From: Octopus sinensis
Lineage: Eukaryota
Direction of reading: 5' to 3'
Assembly: GCF_006345805.1 (NCBI RefSeq)
Contig: NC_043003.1
Coordinates: 29,822,001-29,886,000 of the forward strand
DNA: 64,000 nucleotides
Below, piece by piece: positions 1-12,184 of this stretch; position 1 is the first letter of the stretch, and every line of letters begins with the position of its first letter. Below the pieces are notes generated by a model. That model was given only the letters and a program-made list of their open reading frames with translations. It was not told the DNA's origin and ran no database searches. The translations under genes and the position numbers were made by a program.

Positions 1-627
1 CACATTCACATACGCACAAATTACATACACATATACAAAGACGCACGCACACATACTCCATTGCAACAGTTTCATGAAAAGAAAGCCACTAAAGCTACGA
101 AAGATTGCAACGAAGATCGTTTCTATAGAGGCTGGAAAGCTGTGAATGCTTTTCGTTGGAACTTAATTTTTTTTTCTCTAGGGAATACTAATCAAGATTA
201 AACACCAATACATATGTTTGAGTGTGTGAAATCACACTGACACACACTTCACCATTAGCATGGATCATGTGAACACGCAAGTATTTATATATACGTATGT
301 ATATATGTCTAATAACGGTATACTCTGTTATTAGCATACGCAATAGTATTAAGTAGAAAGTGTGTATCTACAAAATTTCATTTAGCATTCACCTCGAAAA
401 AAAATCATAAAATATATTGACAGCTTCCTTCAATTCTACTGAAATGGTCCTCTTTGCAATCTTTTTTTTTTAGTTTTGATGTCTTATTTTTACAGAAACT
501 GTTGCACTATATGTGTGTGTGTATGTGTGTGTGTTATAAGGAATGTTCTTTCGTATGTTTTGTGTATCCGCAGAAATTCTGGGGAACGTATTTATTCATA
601 GAACTATTTAACAGGAATGACACTTAC

Positions 628-998
628 CAGGAGAATTCATCATCTTTGGACGAGATACTATTTACATCTATAATGTCCACATCGTCCTCTACAGTTTGAT
701 GGGTACTGTTATTATTGCTGCAACTGTTGTTCTGATGTTGTTGGCTGTGATGGTTGTTGTGGTGATTGTGTTGTTGGTGGTTGTGTTGGTGGCTGTTATT
801 ATGGCCCGTCGAGCCATTGTGCTGGTTGAGCTTAGTATCCACATCACCGTTGTTTAGCTTCTGTTTACTCCGAAGCAGTTCGTTCTGTAGCTCAAGCCTC
901 TTCACCAGTTCCTGCAGTTTACGTACCTCGGCTTGAGGGTCAACCAGGTTCGCCTCGACAGGACTGGCGGACGTTTCCTTCTTCGACACACTATTCAT
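628..998 (-). CDS. SLAIN: SLAIN motif-containing protein, first coding exon (gene continues leftward beyond the window)
   Basis: ATG at 998-996 (AAGATGA context). EVRKLQELVKRLELQNELLRS matches the SLAIN1/2 N-terminal coiled coil. The exon ends DDEFS-TG|GTAAGT (donor 627-626), splitting the Trp of the SLAIN DD.(S/T)WLY motif. The ORF-track start at 1016 is a TTG. Confidence 0.85.
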
Positions 999-1360
999 CT
1001 TCGAAGATGGGGGCAAAAGACAAGGGCAACCTACTTAGAACAAACAGCCCCCTTGAAGGAAAATTAGGTATTTGACAACAAAAAGAAAGGTGTAGAAGGA
1101 TAGAGGCAAAATGCTCTCCTTCCCGAAAGGAAAAAAAAAAAAAAACTGACAAACCCCCCCGCGTGTGATGCCTATTTGTCGGACAACTGGGGTACGGATT
1201 TTAGATTACTGTTAATGTGAGTGAGGAAGTATGAAGTTAGTTAGATGTGTAGTGACACTAATTAGAAAGTAAAATAAGGTTTCATTAAATAGAAACTGCA
1301 GCAGACTGAGGTAAAAAAAAACTAAATGACAATCGCCCCTCCTGACAGGAAGGTTTTCAT

Positions 1361-1371
1361 TGCGCATGCGC
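1361..1371. promoter_or_regulatory. NRF1-type palindrome TGCGCATGCGC in the likely SLAIN promoter
   Basis: Matches YGCGCAYGCGC, ~360 bp upstream of the SLAIN ATG, in CpG-retaining sequence. Confidence 0.55.
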
Positions 1372-2654
1372 CTAAATTTCATAACTGTCAAAGGTTTCCT
1401 GTAGCTTTTAGTTTCGCTTTGCCTTCACATGTAAACTGATTGTTTTGTCTTTGGAAAATAATATTTGAAGTAAAATAATTAAACACTCAGGCATTGAAAA
1501 TAACAAAGCTACTTTGAATACTTAGCAAGTGTTTCAAGTGAATTAAGTGATGTCAACGAAGTAGTTGATATGTGTGCGTGTGTATGTAAAGTTATTTTTT
1601 TTCATCTAGATATATTTCCCCTTTGTACGTATGGTCTATTATATTTATTCATTCACTTGTTAACACTATACTATGCCTAATGCACTTGTCTACTGACGAG
1701 AAATAACATTCTAAGTTTATTCGAAACAGAGAAAGTGAAATAAGTGATTATATATATTATTCCTCTCTTCGTTCTTAGTATATTTAGATGTTTCCGACTT
1801 AGCGGTGACAAAAACCGGGGAACACCGAACTAAAAGCATTTTATTTAGCTTCAGTTCTCTTAAATTTATTTTCAAATTCGACTTGCCACTTATTATTACT
1901 GAATCAGTATATTAAGAGTCAGTTAAATACTAGTTAAGTACTAGGTTCAATGCAAGTGACCCCACTTCCACTACCCCCACAAAAATGTCTTGAGTCTTTG
2001 TATTTGAAATCAAATTTAGGATGTGTCTATTACACATCTCTGTGCAGTGACAGAAATAGCAGGGTATCGGTCCAAATGCTTTCCAACCCTTCAGACCCGA
2101 TAAAATGGCATTAGACATGTAATAGAGTAATTTCAATTTCTCCGTGTACCAACGAAAGAATCTGAATATTTATATATGGTTCAAGACAAACCCAATTACC
2201 AGACTAGAAAGGAGAAGAAAGAGAATGTGCATTAAACGTTAATAAACATAAAATCACGTTTTAATTATGCAAATAAATTTTAGCCTCATCTTTTTCAGGT
2301 GGCTGTGATGTTTTATTTTGATGATTCGGTTGGGTCAAATAAGAGTTTCGGTCTAAATCATAATTCACTTTCTCGTTTGTATTTAAACTGTCCCTACACT
2401 TGGTGAAACTCCAATCATTTAAAATATAGCACTACATAAAATAAAATAAACAAGGTAACCAGCAGAAACAAATTATCTGCTACGAGTGAGAGAGAGAGAG
2501 AGAGAGAGAGAGATGTTTACTCAGAATTACCTGACGATGAATATATATGGAATTAAAAGGGAAATTCTAAAAAGGTTGATAAAATTAGGTTAGAAGTAAA
2601 GTCTCGTCGCATTTAAAGATGGGAAAGAAACAAATGTTTCTTTGATCTTGATAT

Positions 2655-2995
2655 ATCTAAACAGATAATGTTCTCCTCGCGATAACAGAATTCCATCTAT
2701 CTGGCAAATTGTTCGTCCCTCAGGCACAAAATTTTTCAGGTTTTGAAGCAAAGAAATACTCAATAATTTTTGAATTTCGCAAATAATAAGCTATTTTCCT
2801 TCTAAATAATGTTGCAATGATCTTAAATTATCATTGCCGTGATGGAGGAAGTTGAAGAACGTAAGGAAGATGAGGCAACACTTCTATATTTAATGCCATA
2901 ATCTTTTCCTGAGTGAATTGAGCAATATGTGGTCTTGTATTGTCGTGTAAGAGCAATTCTCTCCTTTACAAATTTTTGCGCAATGCTTCCAACTG
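2655..2995 (-). mobile_element. Mariner transposase C-terminal remnant
   Basis: Manual minus-strand translation gives LLHDNTRPHIAQFTQEKIMALNIEVLPHLPY, LRSLQHYLEGK and EYFFASKPEKF..NLPDRWNSVI, with stops and frameshifts. Not in the ORF track. Confidence 0.8.
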
Positions 2996-3030
2996 ACAAT
3001 ACTTCGCCTGAACTGTTTTATTTGAATGTA

Positions 3031-4060
3031 TTAGGTCGTCAAGTATGAAATTTGTAGTAAGGTATATGGTAAACTTTGACAGCTTCTCGTTTTGCGCCGT
3101 TATTATATTTTGACAATATTTTTTGTTAGAAAGCTGACACATCTATTTCTTTACTCTAACTCCTTTTTGCGCTTTATAAAGTATTTGTAAATCGTTTTTT
3201 GCTGTTTTTGTTTAGAGATGGATAAGTCAGAAATTCTTACAGTTTTGAATTATGAGTTCTTTTTTGGAAACACAGCATCACAGACAGCTCGGAATATTAA
3301 TAGAGTATTTCATTCTAATGTTATTACACAGCAGACACTATCAAATTGGTTTTCAACATTTCATTCTGGCAAATTTTAACTTAATTGAGCAACGCGGTCG
3401 ACCAGAAACAAAAGTGGATAATGACGAACTGAAAGCCACAATCGAGTTCGATCCATCTCAAAGTGCCCGTGAATTATCGTTCTTGTTTGGTGTTAGCAAG
3501 CAAACAATATAGACTCACCCAGTTCAAATCGGTAAAGTGAAAAAGTTCCATAAGTGAGTTCCACATGAACTCAATGAAAATCAGAAACAGCAACGTTTGA
3601 AAGCCTGCATTATGCTACTTTCTCGTCACAAAAATGCATCATTTTTGAATCGAATTGTAATGTGATGAGAAATGGATGCAATACAACAACCCTAAACGTT
3701 CAGCACAATGGTTGGACAAAGACGAACAACCAAAACACAGTCCAAAATGAAAAATTCATCAAAAGAAGCTGTTGGTGTGTGTTTGGTGGTCTAGCGCAGG
3801 TGTGATCCATTATTATTTCATTAAACCTGGCTCATCAATCACGGCCGAAGTATACTGCAGCCAACTGGACCAAATGATGCAGAAACTTACAAAAAAACAG
3901 CCTAGATTTTACAGTTCCGGACTGGACAAGCTACCGCTGAAATGGCAAAAGTGTATTGACAATATGGGTGCATACTTTGATGAATAAAATTATTCCTTGT
4001 ATTTATAAAACATTCGCAAACTTTTTACTTTTCAACAAAATTCATACTTGACAGTAGATG
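3031..4060 (+). mobile_element. Internally deleted mariner element
   Basis: MDKSEIL start at 3218; RGRPETKVDNDELK, DEKW and VCVWWSSAGVIHY motifs. It jumps from KKQPR to FYSSGLDKLPLKWQKC, losing the 2nd and 3rd catalytic Asp. Degenerate TIRs: gtcgtcaagtatgaaattt (~3035) and aaattcatacttgacag (~4038). Confidence 0.85.
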
Positions 4061-4379
4061 ATACCCTTCACATTCCACCAAACTCAGAGCATCACTTTTC
4101 AGGAGTAGGCCAAGTTTTGGATGGACTCCGAGGTCGACTTTGCTTCTTTCGGGGTCGATGAATTAAGTACCAGTTGCGTAGTGGGGTCGATCTAATCGAC
4201 TAGCCCCCTTCCCGAAATTTTGGGCCTTGTGCCTAGAGCAAAAAAGATTTATGAATATGGCCGCGTGTTGAAAATAAGCATTTTTGTGAAATATACTCTA
4301 TTTTTCCAAATAGTTACAAATTCGTTAGCGACTGACTCGTTTTAAAATATTCTCAAATCTTATCTATCGGTTTCAGATT

Positions 4380-4573
4380 TTGGCACAAGGCCAGCAATTT
4401 GAGGGAAGTGATAAATCAATTACGTCGTCCCCAGTGCTCAATTTAATCGACCCCGATAAGGATGAAAAGCAAAGTCGACCTCGACGGATTTTGAACTCAG
4501 AACGTAAAGACGAACGAAATGCCGCTTAGCATTTTATCCGGCGTACTAACGAGTCTGCCAGCTCACCGCCTTC
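4380..4573 (-). mobile_element. tRNA-derived SINE (GGCGGTGAGCTGGCAGA-head family); partial plus copy at ~4110-4250
   Basis: A-box/B-box-like head (GAGTTCAAA) and body shared with copies at 15930, 43508, 48640 and 56700. CpGs are retained here. Confidence 0.8.
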
Positions 4574-5192
4574 AAATTTTACACAAAGATTTTAAAAAAC
4601 AGTAAATTAAGATTCCGAATATAGAGTTGGTAAAATGGTTAATTATTTTCTATTTTCGAATTTGGTAAGTTCATAACATTAAAAATTTAGATGGAACTAT
4701 TTCAAAATAAGTCTTTAAAAACATCACAATTTTCGAAACTTCCTTCCTAACTAGAATGTATATGTTTCTAACTAAAATTTTGGAAACACGTGTGAGAGTG
4801 GCTGTCATATACTCCAAGAGGGTTCTCTTAAATACATTTAATAAGATATAGCGCATCGCTGCTTCAATTTAAATCTGAACTTGTCTATTCTTGAAGTAGA
4901 AGGATTTAGTAAGCAACAAAACGGGATTTTTCAAATGGAGGCAGCGCTCTGCTATAGATGTTAGTAAATTTAACTACCAAGTGTATGTCCCACTTCCGAC
5001 TTTGTTTCCTCACAACTTAATGGATATTTCTTAATGAATACATTTCAGCTGATACAGATTATGATATTGGAATATAATGTGAAAAAAATAATTGGTGGAA
5101 GAGTACATAAACATACTAATATACGTTACATATGTACAAAATGAAACTTGAAATTTTGAAGTGTGTGAACAGCCACTGATTTTTTTCTAATA

Positions 5193-5223
<31 letters not shown>

Positions 5224-5224
5224 T

Positions 5225-5460
5225 TTCACTATTTGAAAGGTATTTGCAGAAAATTTCATTTAAAAAAATGCCTATTTTTCTCTAAGTTATGAGGAATATA
5301 AAAGTCGACTGTATGAATTATCCGAATTGCCTCTCCCAACCACCTCTGAAAATATTCCTCATAATAAATTCCAATATAATCGGGATTTACAACATCTGAA
5401 AAGTACTTGTAGAAAATTTCATAAAAAATATCAATTTTTCTGAAAGTTATAAGGAAACAA
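5225..5460. repeat. Non-coding repeat shared with 10960-11200 (possibly Helitron/Helentron-type internal sequence)
   Basis: The motif tttgaaaagtattt..aaaatttcat..aaaa..aagtta occurs twice here and twice at 10975-11195. The superfamily assignment is inference. Confidence 0.45.
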
Positions 5461-6789
5461 AATTGTTTGGGGCACACTTGTGTAGTTAGCGACATATATC
5501 TAAATGGCAGATTGAAATATTGAACAATAAATTATGTAAATATTACACTCTAAAAAGAATATACTGGAAATAGTAACAGGTTGTCGTTTAATGTTTTAAT
5601 TAATACAACTATTAATCAACAAAATATTATAATAGATTACACACCAGCATTGTTTTAGACAGTGCAGAGTAGGTAGATGTCAAATTTTGTTTGAGAAGTC
5701 CGGTCTGGAGTCCAAAGGTTGCCAGCCACTATAGCGTAAGACAGAAAAAAGTACGTCAACTTACAGAAACCTATTTCATTATTCTGAATGGTTGACTAAA
5801 CTGCTTTTTTCTTTCTTTTTGTTATTTTTTCAATCACGTTTTTCTCTTCTTTGGGTGTCACCTGTATCAATCTTACCAGTCTCAGTGAACCTGCGAAGGC
5901 TACAGCCACTTTTGGCTAATTTAAATAATAAAAGAATCGTCCAATTTTTACTCTAGGCCAGATTTCAATTTAGTGCCCATCGCTGGAAGGTTAATTGTAT
6001 GCATGTCATAATTAAATGTGTTATCCTCTTAAGTGAATCTTTTCTTATTATAATGGAAAAAAAACCCAGTTCAGTTGATGGAATTTAACATTCTCAACAT
6101 CTATAATAATTCGTAAACTCCTCAACCTTGTAATTTATTCTAACGGGCCCAAAGCCATACGATGAGAGTCTAGAATTAGGCGATTGCATTTGATCAATAT
6201 TTAACGAATCGGTTTCCTCAGCAGGATTCAAACTCAGAGCGTGACTGAAATACTATCCGGCATTCTACAATTTCCTTCAATCCACTAGATTTCCTCTACA
6301 TAACCTTAAAATAAAGTTTTAATTTCTTCGGGTTCGATCTTTACTTTCTAAACCAATGTGGTAAAGGTAGGGAATTGAGTGCTACATGAGTTATCCCCCT
6401 TACAACTTAGTAACTAATGTGGGATTGTCTCGTGCAAGGATGAAGTTATCAATAAGAAATCACCCCGAAGATGCAAAGGATTACGTCTGAGTCTCCCAAC
6501 TCATTCATATATATACACTGTTGTGTCTGGGGAGAGTCATTTTCTTTTTGTGCCTTATAATTTAACACATATAAAGAGTCTTGCAAACCAAATCCAAAAA
6601 CGAAATATATATATATACGAGCAAAACGCCCTCCCCGTCCAATGGACGGTGCTGAGTTGTCAAACATTTAGACAGAATTTTCTCAAAACAACTTGTCCAA
6701 CCACCCCATAGGCCTCCCCTTTGAGAAACACTGACTTAACCTAAATTTGAGACACCAGCAAAAGAAGAAATAAAGATAGACTTTTTTCC

Positions 6790-6975
6790 ATTCCAAAGAT
6801 AAACGATTTTCCACGGTTTTATCGATCGCATTGTCACCTGGAATCGATTTTCGTAATTTTTTTCAAGACTTATATACGCCCTGATACCATCGGTATCTAC
6901 ATATCAAATTTGAGCGCAATCGGATGGAGGATGCCCGATATCCTAGAAGCCACACACACAGACAGACAGACAGGA
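6790..6975 (+). mobile_element. Possible Helentron-associated (HINE/DINE-like) non-autonomous fragment
   Basis: catatcaaatttgagcgcaatcgg followed by (CAGA)n, an arrangement typical of these elements. Confidence 0.35.
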
Positions 6976-7030
6976 CGTATTTTATATAAGATATATATAT
7001 ATATATATATTGATAGAAATGAAAGAGACC

Positions 7031-7060
7031 TCGATATTATGTAGAGGAATTTATCTGTCA

Positions 7061-7151
<91 letters not shown>

Positions 7152-7155
7152 TATA
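7031..7155. repeat. (TA)n microsatellite
   Basis: Seen directly. Confidence 0.95.
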
Positions 7156-7524
7156 GCATGATGAAGTAAAATATGGATAGGTGGTTGTTAATGGGCTTCC
7201 AAATATTTTTTAAATAGTTGTACAGGACTGAGTATAAAAATATGTAATTAAGCAAAAATCAGGACGATAAGGAAAGCTACAATTCACAGCAATTTTCCAT
7301 AGAGAGGTTTATGTCCTGAAAGTTCCTACTTTAATATCACAGATAAAAGAGAGGAAAATCCGAGAAATTCTTCGTAGTATCCAAAGAGTCCACAGTCAAT
7401 AAAACTGTGGAGAATACTGGTAATTCTTTACAACTATTTCTTGGGCTTGATGTTCGGTAAGGGCAGTATTGTGCATTGAGGGTTCATATACATGAAGTAG
7501 ATTAGTATGTATGTATGTTAGAAG

Positions 7525-7856
7525 ACACATTGCTCAGTGGTTAGAGCGTCGGACTCACAATCGTGAGGTAGTGAGTCTGATTTCTGGATTCAGCTGTGTG
7601 TTGTGTTCTTAAGCAAGACACTTTATTTCATGTTGTTCCAGTTCACTCAGCTGTGGAAATGAGTGGCGATGTCATTGGTGCCAAGCTATATCGGCCCTTG
7701 CCTTTCCCTTGGACAACATCGATGGCATGGAGAGGGTGGACTGGTATGCATGGACGGCTGGTGGTCTTCCGCAAATAACTTTGCTCGAACTTGTGCCTCG
7801 GAGGTTAACTGTCTGGGAACAATCCCATGGTTATTCATGGCCGAAGGGGGCATTTT

Positions 7857-7858
<2 letters not shown>
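7525..7858 (+). mobile_element. tRNA/CORE-type SINE with (GT)n tail
   Basis: Head gctcagtggttagagcgtcggactc; CORE-like agcaagacactttatttc..cactcagctg. The 3' part is shared with 21925, 38087 and 38394. Confidence 0.8.
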
Positions 7859-7895
<37 letters not shown>

Positions 7896-8039
7896 TGTGT
7901 GTGTGTCTGTGTGCGTGTGTGTGTGTATGTGTGTGTGTGCGTGCGTGTGTGGGTGTGTTCGTTCTTCTCTTCTTCTTTTTAATTTAAAATTAATTTTCAC
8001 CGGCCACCTACTTGGTAGCAAGGTTGTAAAGGAAAGCAT

Positions 8040-9290
8040 TTTGTTTTGTTCATCTTCGGATGGGCTTGCAGATTTTTATAGTCCCAAATATCGCGATTAT
8101 TTGTGGTGTATGAATTAAGGACTTGTTCTCTCACCAAGAACCCAAGCTCAGCCATAATTCGCTTCAGTCAGGTTGGTACGTATCCTGTTACTCCAATAAT
8201 AATAAATATGAAGCAGAAAGTGTATCTTGGGTATTGGATTTACAAACTCATTATCACTGGTGTACAAATGGCTTCTTTCTCTTGTATTTTCTAACCACGA
8301 TAGTGTCCAGATGGCAGCTGATTTCCACAACAAAACTTATTTTTTCCTTATGGTCCCATTACAATATCTGGCCAGTCATGTTTCAACATAGTGACTGTTT
8401 TAATTTTTGAGTTCCACCAATATTCTTTTGACCCATCGGTCTCAATATAGTCACTTCGTCTGTGAGTGTTTTTTTAATGTTCTAATTTTTGTTTTTGTTT
8501 TTGATATCCTCTTCCAGACTCTTCTGTCACTGCATCATGCCTCATGGGAAGATAATATCTGGAAGACATTCTCTTGCAGTTGGCAATAATCTGAGTGATG
8601 TCTTCAGTCTTGGTCTTACACAGCCTACATTTGTTGTCTGTCAATGTTTTCTGCCTTTTACGCTGTTGGCACTCAGTAGGGATCTCTTGTTCTTGAATTG
8701 CACGGAGGAAGCCTTCAAAGTGAGATGTCGTAAAATTATTGGAACTCTATGCCAAACGTTTGACATGATCAGTTCCTTCAGTGGTTTGTGTTTTTCGTAT
8801 TGTGTATCTATGCGCTATCTTATCAGTGAACTGGTCCTTTTTTTATTTTATTCTTCTGAAAACCAATGCTCCTTGGAGAGAGATCTGTATCAACTCTTAT
8901 TTCATACTTCTCCTCAAGTTCATAAGCTATCCTAAATATCCAAAGCTCTGTCATACTTCGCTTCAGACGGATCGGTACGTATCCTGTTGTTACAATAATA
9001 ATAAGTATGAAGCTGAAATGTATCTTGGGTATTGGATTTGCAAACTCCTTATCACTGGTTTACAGATGTCCTCTTTCTCATGTATTCTATTAACTATGTT
9101 GGTATCCAGAGAGCAGCCGATTTCAAAGTTACAAACTTGGGCAAGATAGTTACTAGTCCCTTTCCATTGTTGCAAATGTTTCAGTACCACAACACATGCT
9201 TCATACGAATATCAAGACAGATTTGAGACCATGGCCACCGCTCTTGCGTATTCATTCTTCAGTTTGTTTGCCATGAGTGCAGCTGAATAT
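8040..9290 (-). mobile_element. R4/Dong-like non-LTR retrotransposon 3' region (REL endonuclease), degenerate
   Basis: Minus-strand peptides: TSHFEGFLRAIQEQEIPT; CRLCKTKTEDITQIIANCKRMSSRYYLPMRHDAV (CCHC region); EYWWNSKIKT..WDHKEKISFVVEISCHLD; YPRY..IIIGVTGYVP. Confidence 0.8.
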
Positions 9291-9299
9291 GCTTGTCAA

Positions 9300-10335
9300 A
9301 CGCAGGGCTGCAAAGCTACCTCAGGAATCACATAGACAAACAAAATTATACTCACTTCGTTATTGCAGACTCGCTTACCTGTGATGTATGCAGCAATGTC
9401 TGAAAGAACTTCTCCGAATTCACGAAACATTTGAAAATCCTTTAGATTCTTTTAGATAACTGAGATGAGCTGCCTATATAAAAAAATACTTCATTACCAA
9501 AAGTAATTTTACACTGGTATATAGAATTTTTAATTTTAGAGTTACTTGACATAAACTTCATTCTGTTGTAATTGACTTCAGATACAATAACCTTGTTATT
9601 AATATTTCTAGAGGGGTAGATGGTATTAGCTAAATTAATATTATGTGAATAGATCATTTGTAAGAGATTTTTTGTGTGAGTTGATAATAGAGTAATACCT
9701 AGAATTCTTTGGAAAATTCCTATAATAGCTTCATGAAACTGCAAAGGAAGATTATATTTAATTTGCCTCCTGTAAGGATTTTACTATTCGTTACCTTATT
9801 TTTAGTGTATCTTTGAAAGACATAGATTTACCTATAGAACGAAAATACGGGATTAAATAAGGGTTATCTCCCTTCCTCTGATTGGTGTTGGCATACAAAT
9901 TAAAACTGATATTTATATCCTTACAACTAGATTTCATATCTCCACTAGTGAAGGTAGAATAAGATTGAATGGAATTAATGTAGGTAACTTTCTCTGCTTT
10001 ATGTAAGGTAGAGTTATAAAATTCGGCCTTATCATTGAAAATGCCAACATTAACAGATAACTTAGACAATCTAAATGAAATATTCTTAATTAAGTTCCTA
10101 GTAATTGCCCTAGAATGAGAACTGAATTTGCTAATATACTTAGGATTGGTCGATGGTTTGCGGTATGGGAAGTACGAGTTATTGTGTAAGTTAAGTGTAA
10201 TATCTAAAAAGTTGGCCTTCGTTACATCATCAGAAACGATGCTTAAGCCCATTCTACAAAAAAACTTAACTAAACTATTCTACACTATTTTATTCCTTTG
10301 GAATAATACCAATGATATCTTCGAACCATGAATCA
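9300..10335 (-). mobile_element. Penelope-like element (RT C-terminus plus GIY-YIG), degenerate
   Basis: NFLDITLNL..PYRKPSTNPKYISKFSSH (PLE RT C-terminus) and IYQCKIT..FYIGSS (GIY-YIG) in ORFs 9791-10252 and 9442-9744. Confidence 0.85.
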
Positions 10336-10367
10336 GAAGTAAAAAAAATTTGAATAACACTAGCATA

Positions 10368-10390
10368 TTTATATATATGTATGTATATAT

Positions 10391-10443
<53 letters not shown>

Positions 10444-10605
10444 GTATGTATATATGTATGTATGAATGTATGTATGTATGTATGTATATATGTATATAGA
10501 TATATGTATATATATATATGTGTATGTGTATATATATGTATGGATATATATATATATGTATATTTATATATATATGTATATATATATGTATATCATCATC
10601 ATCAT
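10368..10605. repeat. Compound (TA)n/(TATG)n microsatellite
   Basis: Seen directly. Confidence 0.95.
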
Positions 10606-11517
10606 CAAGAATGTTTGGTGAACGACGTGTCATCAGGAACATAGGAGCGAAGATAAAGAATACGCACACCCGGTGTTTAGGGTTAGAGTTATGGGTTAGG
10701 ATTAAGGTTTTTGTTACGTTGAAAACGGGTGGTGTGCATATTCTCTACCTCCGAACATGCGTATAGTCTTTGCTGCCGAACACAGGTATAGTCTTGCAAC
10801 CTCCAAAAGAAACTTATTAAGTCGTTGGGTTGGCGGTGAGATGGCCCGTATGAAAAATAACCGAACGACATATTGTTTCAAGTAGCTAGGTCTCATTCCG
10901 GGTCGAACAATAATACACTTTTGCAGGTTTCCCCGTAAACGCTCAGTATTTTGAGTGGGAATAGAAAGATATGCCGTTTGAAAAGTATTTATATAAAATT
11001 TCATAAAAAGATATCCACTTTCCTCAAAGTTACGGGGGGAAAAATCGGACCTTGTGAATTTTTTTAAAGTCCTCTCCTCACTCCCTCGGGAAAGATTTTC
11101 CCCACAAATTTCTTTATAATCGCAATCTATGTCGTTTGAAAGCTATTTATTATAAAATTCCATTAAAAAAACCCCATTTTCCTAAAAGTTATGAGGGGAC
11201 TCCCCAGCCCCCAATTGGTTTGCATGCATTTTTGATTTCATATTCGTTTCGTACACTTTTTTTTTACACCCGTTGCACCAGTTTTTTTTTCCGTGACGGG
11301 GTAATAAAGTAAACATTAACCAAAAATACTTCCTCTCTCATCCTCTCTTCATTCTGTCAACCATTCTCTCGCGTTTACCGTTGTAACTATGTCTGGTACC
11401 AAAAATATTATTACAGCCACTTTCGTTGTTTACAATCTTCTGTACCGGTATATTTGTGTACGTACACCAACACAAACAAAATGTTAGAAAGACTGAAGGG
11501 TCAAGCAAAAACGCTCT

Positions 11518-11716
11518 ACCGGTGTATTTGTGTATCAGTAAATAACGATTTCTGATAGCAAAAAAATTATTGCAACCACTTCAATTGTTTACAATCTTCT
11601 GTACCGGTGTATTTGTGTATCAGTAAATAACGATTTCTGATAGCAAAAAAATTATTGCAACCACTTCAATTGTTTACAATCTTCTGTACCGGTGTATTTG
11701 TGTATCAGTAAATAAC
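11518..11716. repeat. 85-bp tandem repeat, ~2.3 identical copies
   Basis: accggtgtatttgtgtatcag recurs at 11518, 11603 and 11688. Confidence 0.95.
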
Positions 11717-11720
11717 CATG

Positions 11721-12184
11721 GACACGTTCGTACCTCGGTGTGAAATAATTTTTTTCCACGGGTTTTTTTCGAGTGCATTCAACATATCTGACCTCCAAAC
11801 CCGCCGCAAGCCACTTTTTTTCCGGAAAAGAAAGAGAGGGAGGGGTCAAAAAATTATTTCACAGCGAAATATCGGCGGGTTCTTTGTCTCAAATAGCTGT
11901 TACGTGGTAGTAGGGCGTGTTAGAAATAGCAACCAAATCTTTCCTTTTCTGGTGTGTTGAAGGTTTTTCTTTTCTAGATTATTTCGTATTTTTGGAAAAG
12001 ATAAACAAAACCCGCGAAACAAAACCCCGTTGGTGGGAAACTCCGAGGAACCCCCCCCCCCACACACACACACTTTCTTTTTTGGAAAAAAGTGGCTTGC
12101 GGCGGGTTTGGAGGCCAGGTGCTTTGCATGCACTCGAAAAAACTCGTGGAGAATTATTATTTGACACCGAGGTACGAGCGGGTC
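11721..12184. mobile_element. MITE-like element with ~113-bp imperfect terminal inverted repeats
   Basis: 11721-11834 is the reverse complement of 12073-12184 (tcgtacctcggtgt..aaacccgccgcaagccactttttt). No TSD is evident. Confidence 0.75.

Noticed and set aside
1930-2136. Cys-containing 68-aa minus-strand ORF
   Set aside because: No recognisable domain spacing or splice context.
2655-4060. Idea that the minus mariner fragment is the inverted piece deleted from the plus mariner
   Set aside because: The two overlap in the C-terminal G..LP..W region with different sequences, so they are separate copies.
5256-5495. 79-aa minus-strand ORF that looks protein-like
   Set aside because: It lies in a non-coding repeat whose motifs recur at 10960-11200; no splice or homology support.
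10677-10708. Telomere-like TTAGGG repeats as an interstitial telomere
   Set aside because: Only ~5 degenerate units embedded in a repeat; kept only as part of the composite block.
11518-11716. CRISPR-like array
   Set aside because: Contiguous 85-bp units without unique spacers, in a eukaryotic context with no cas genes.
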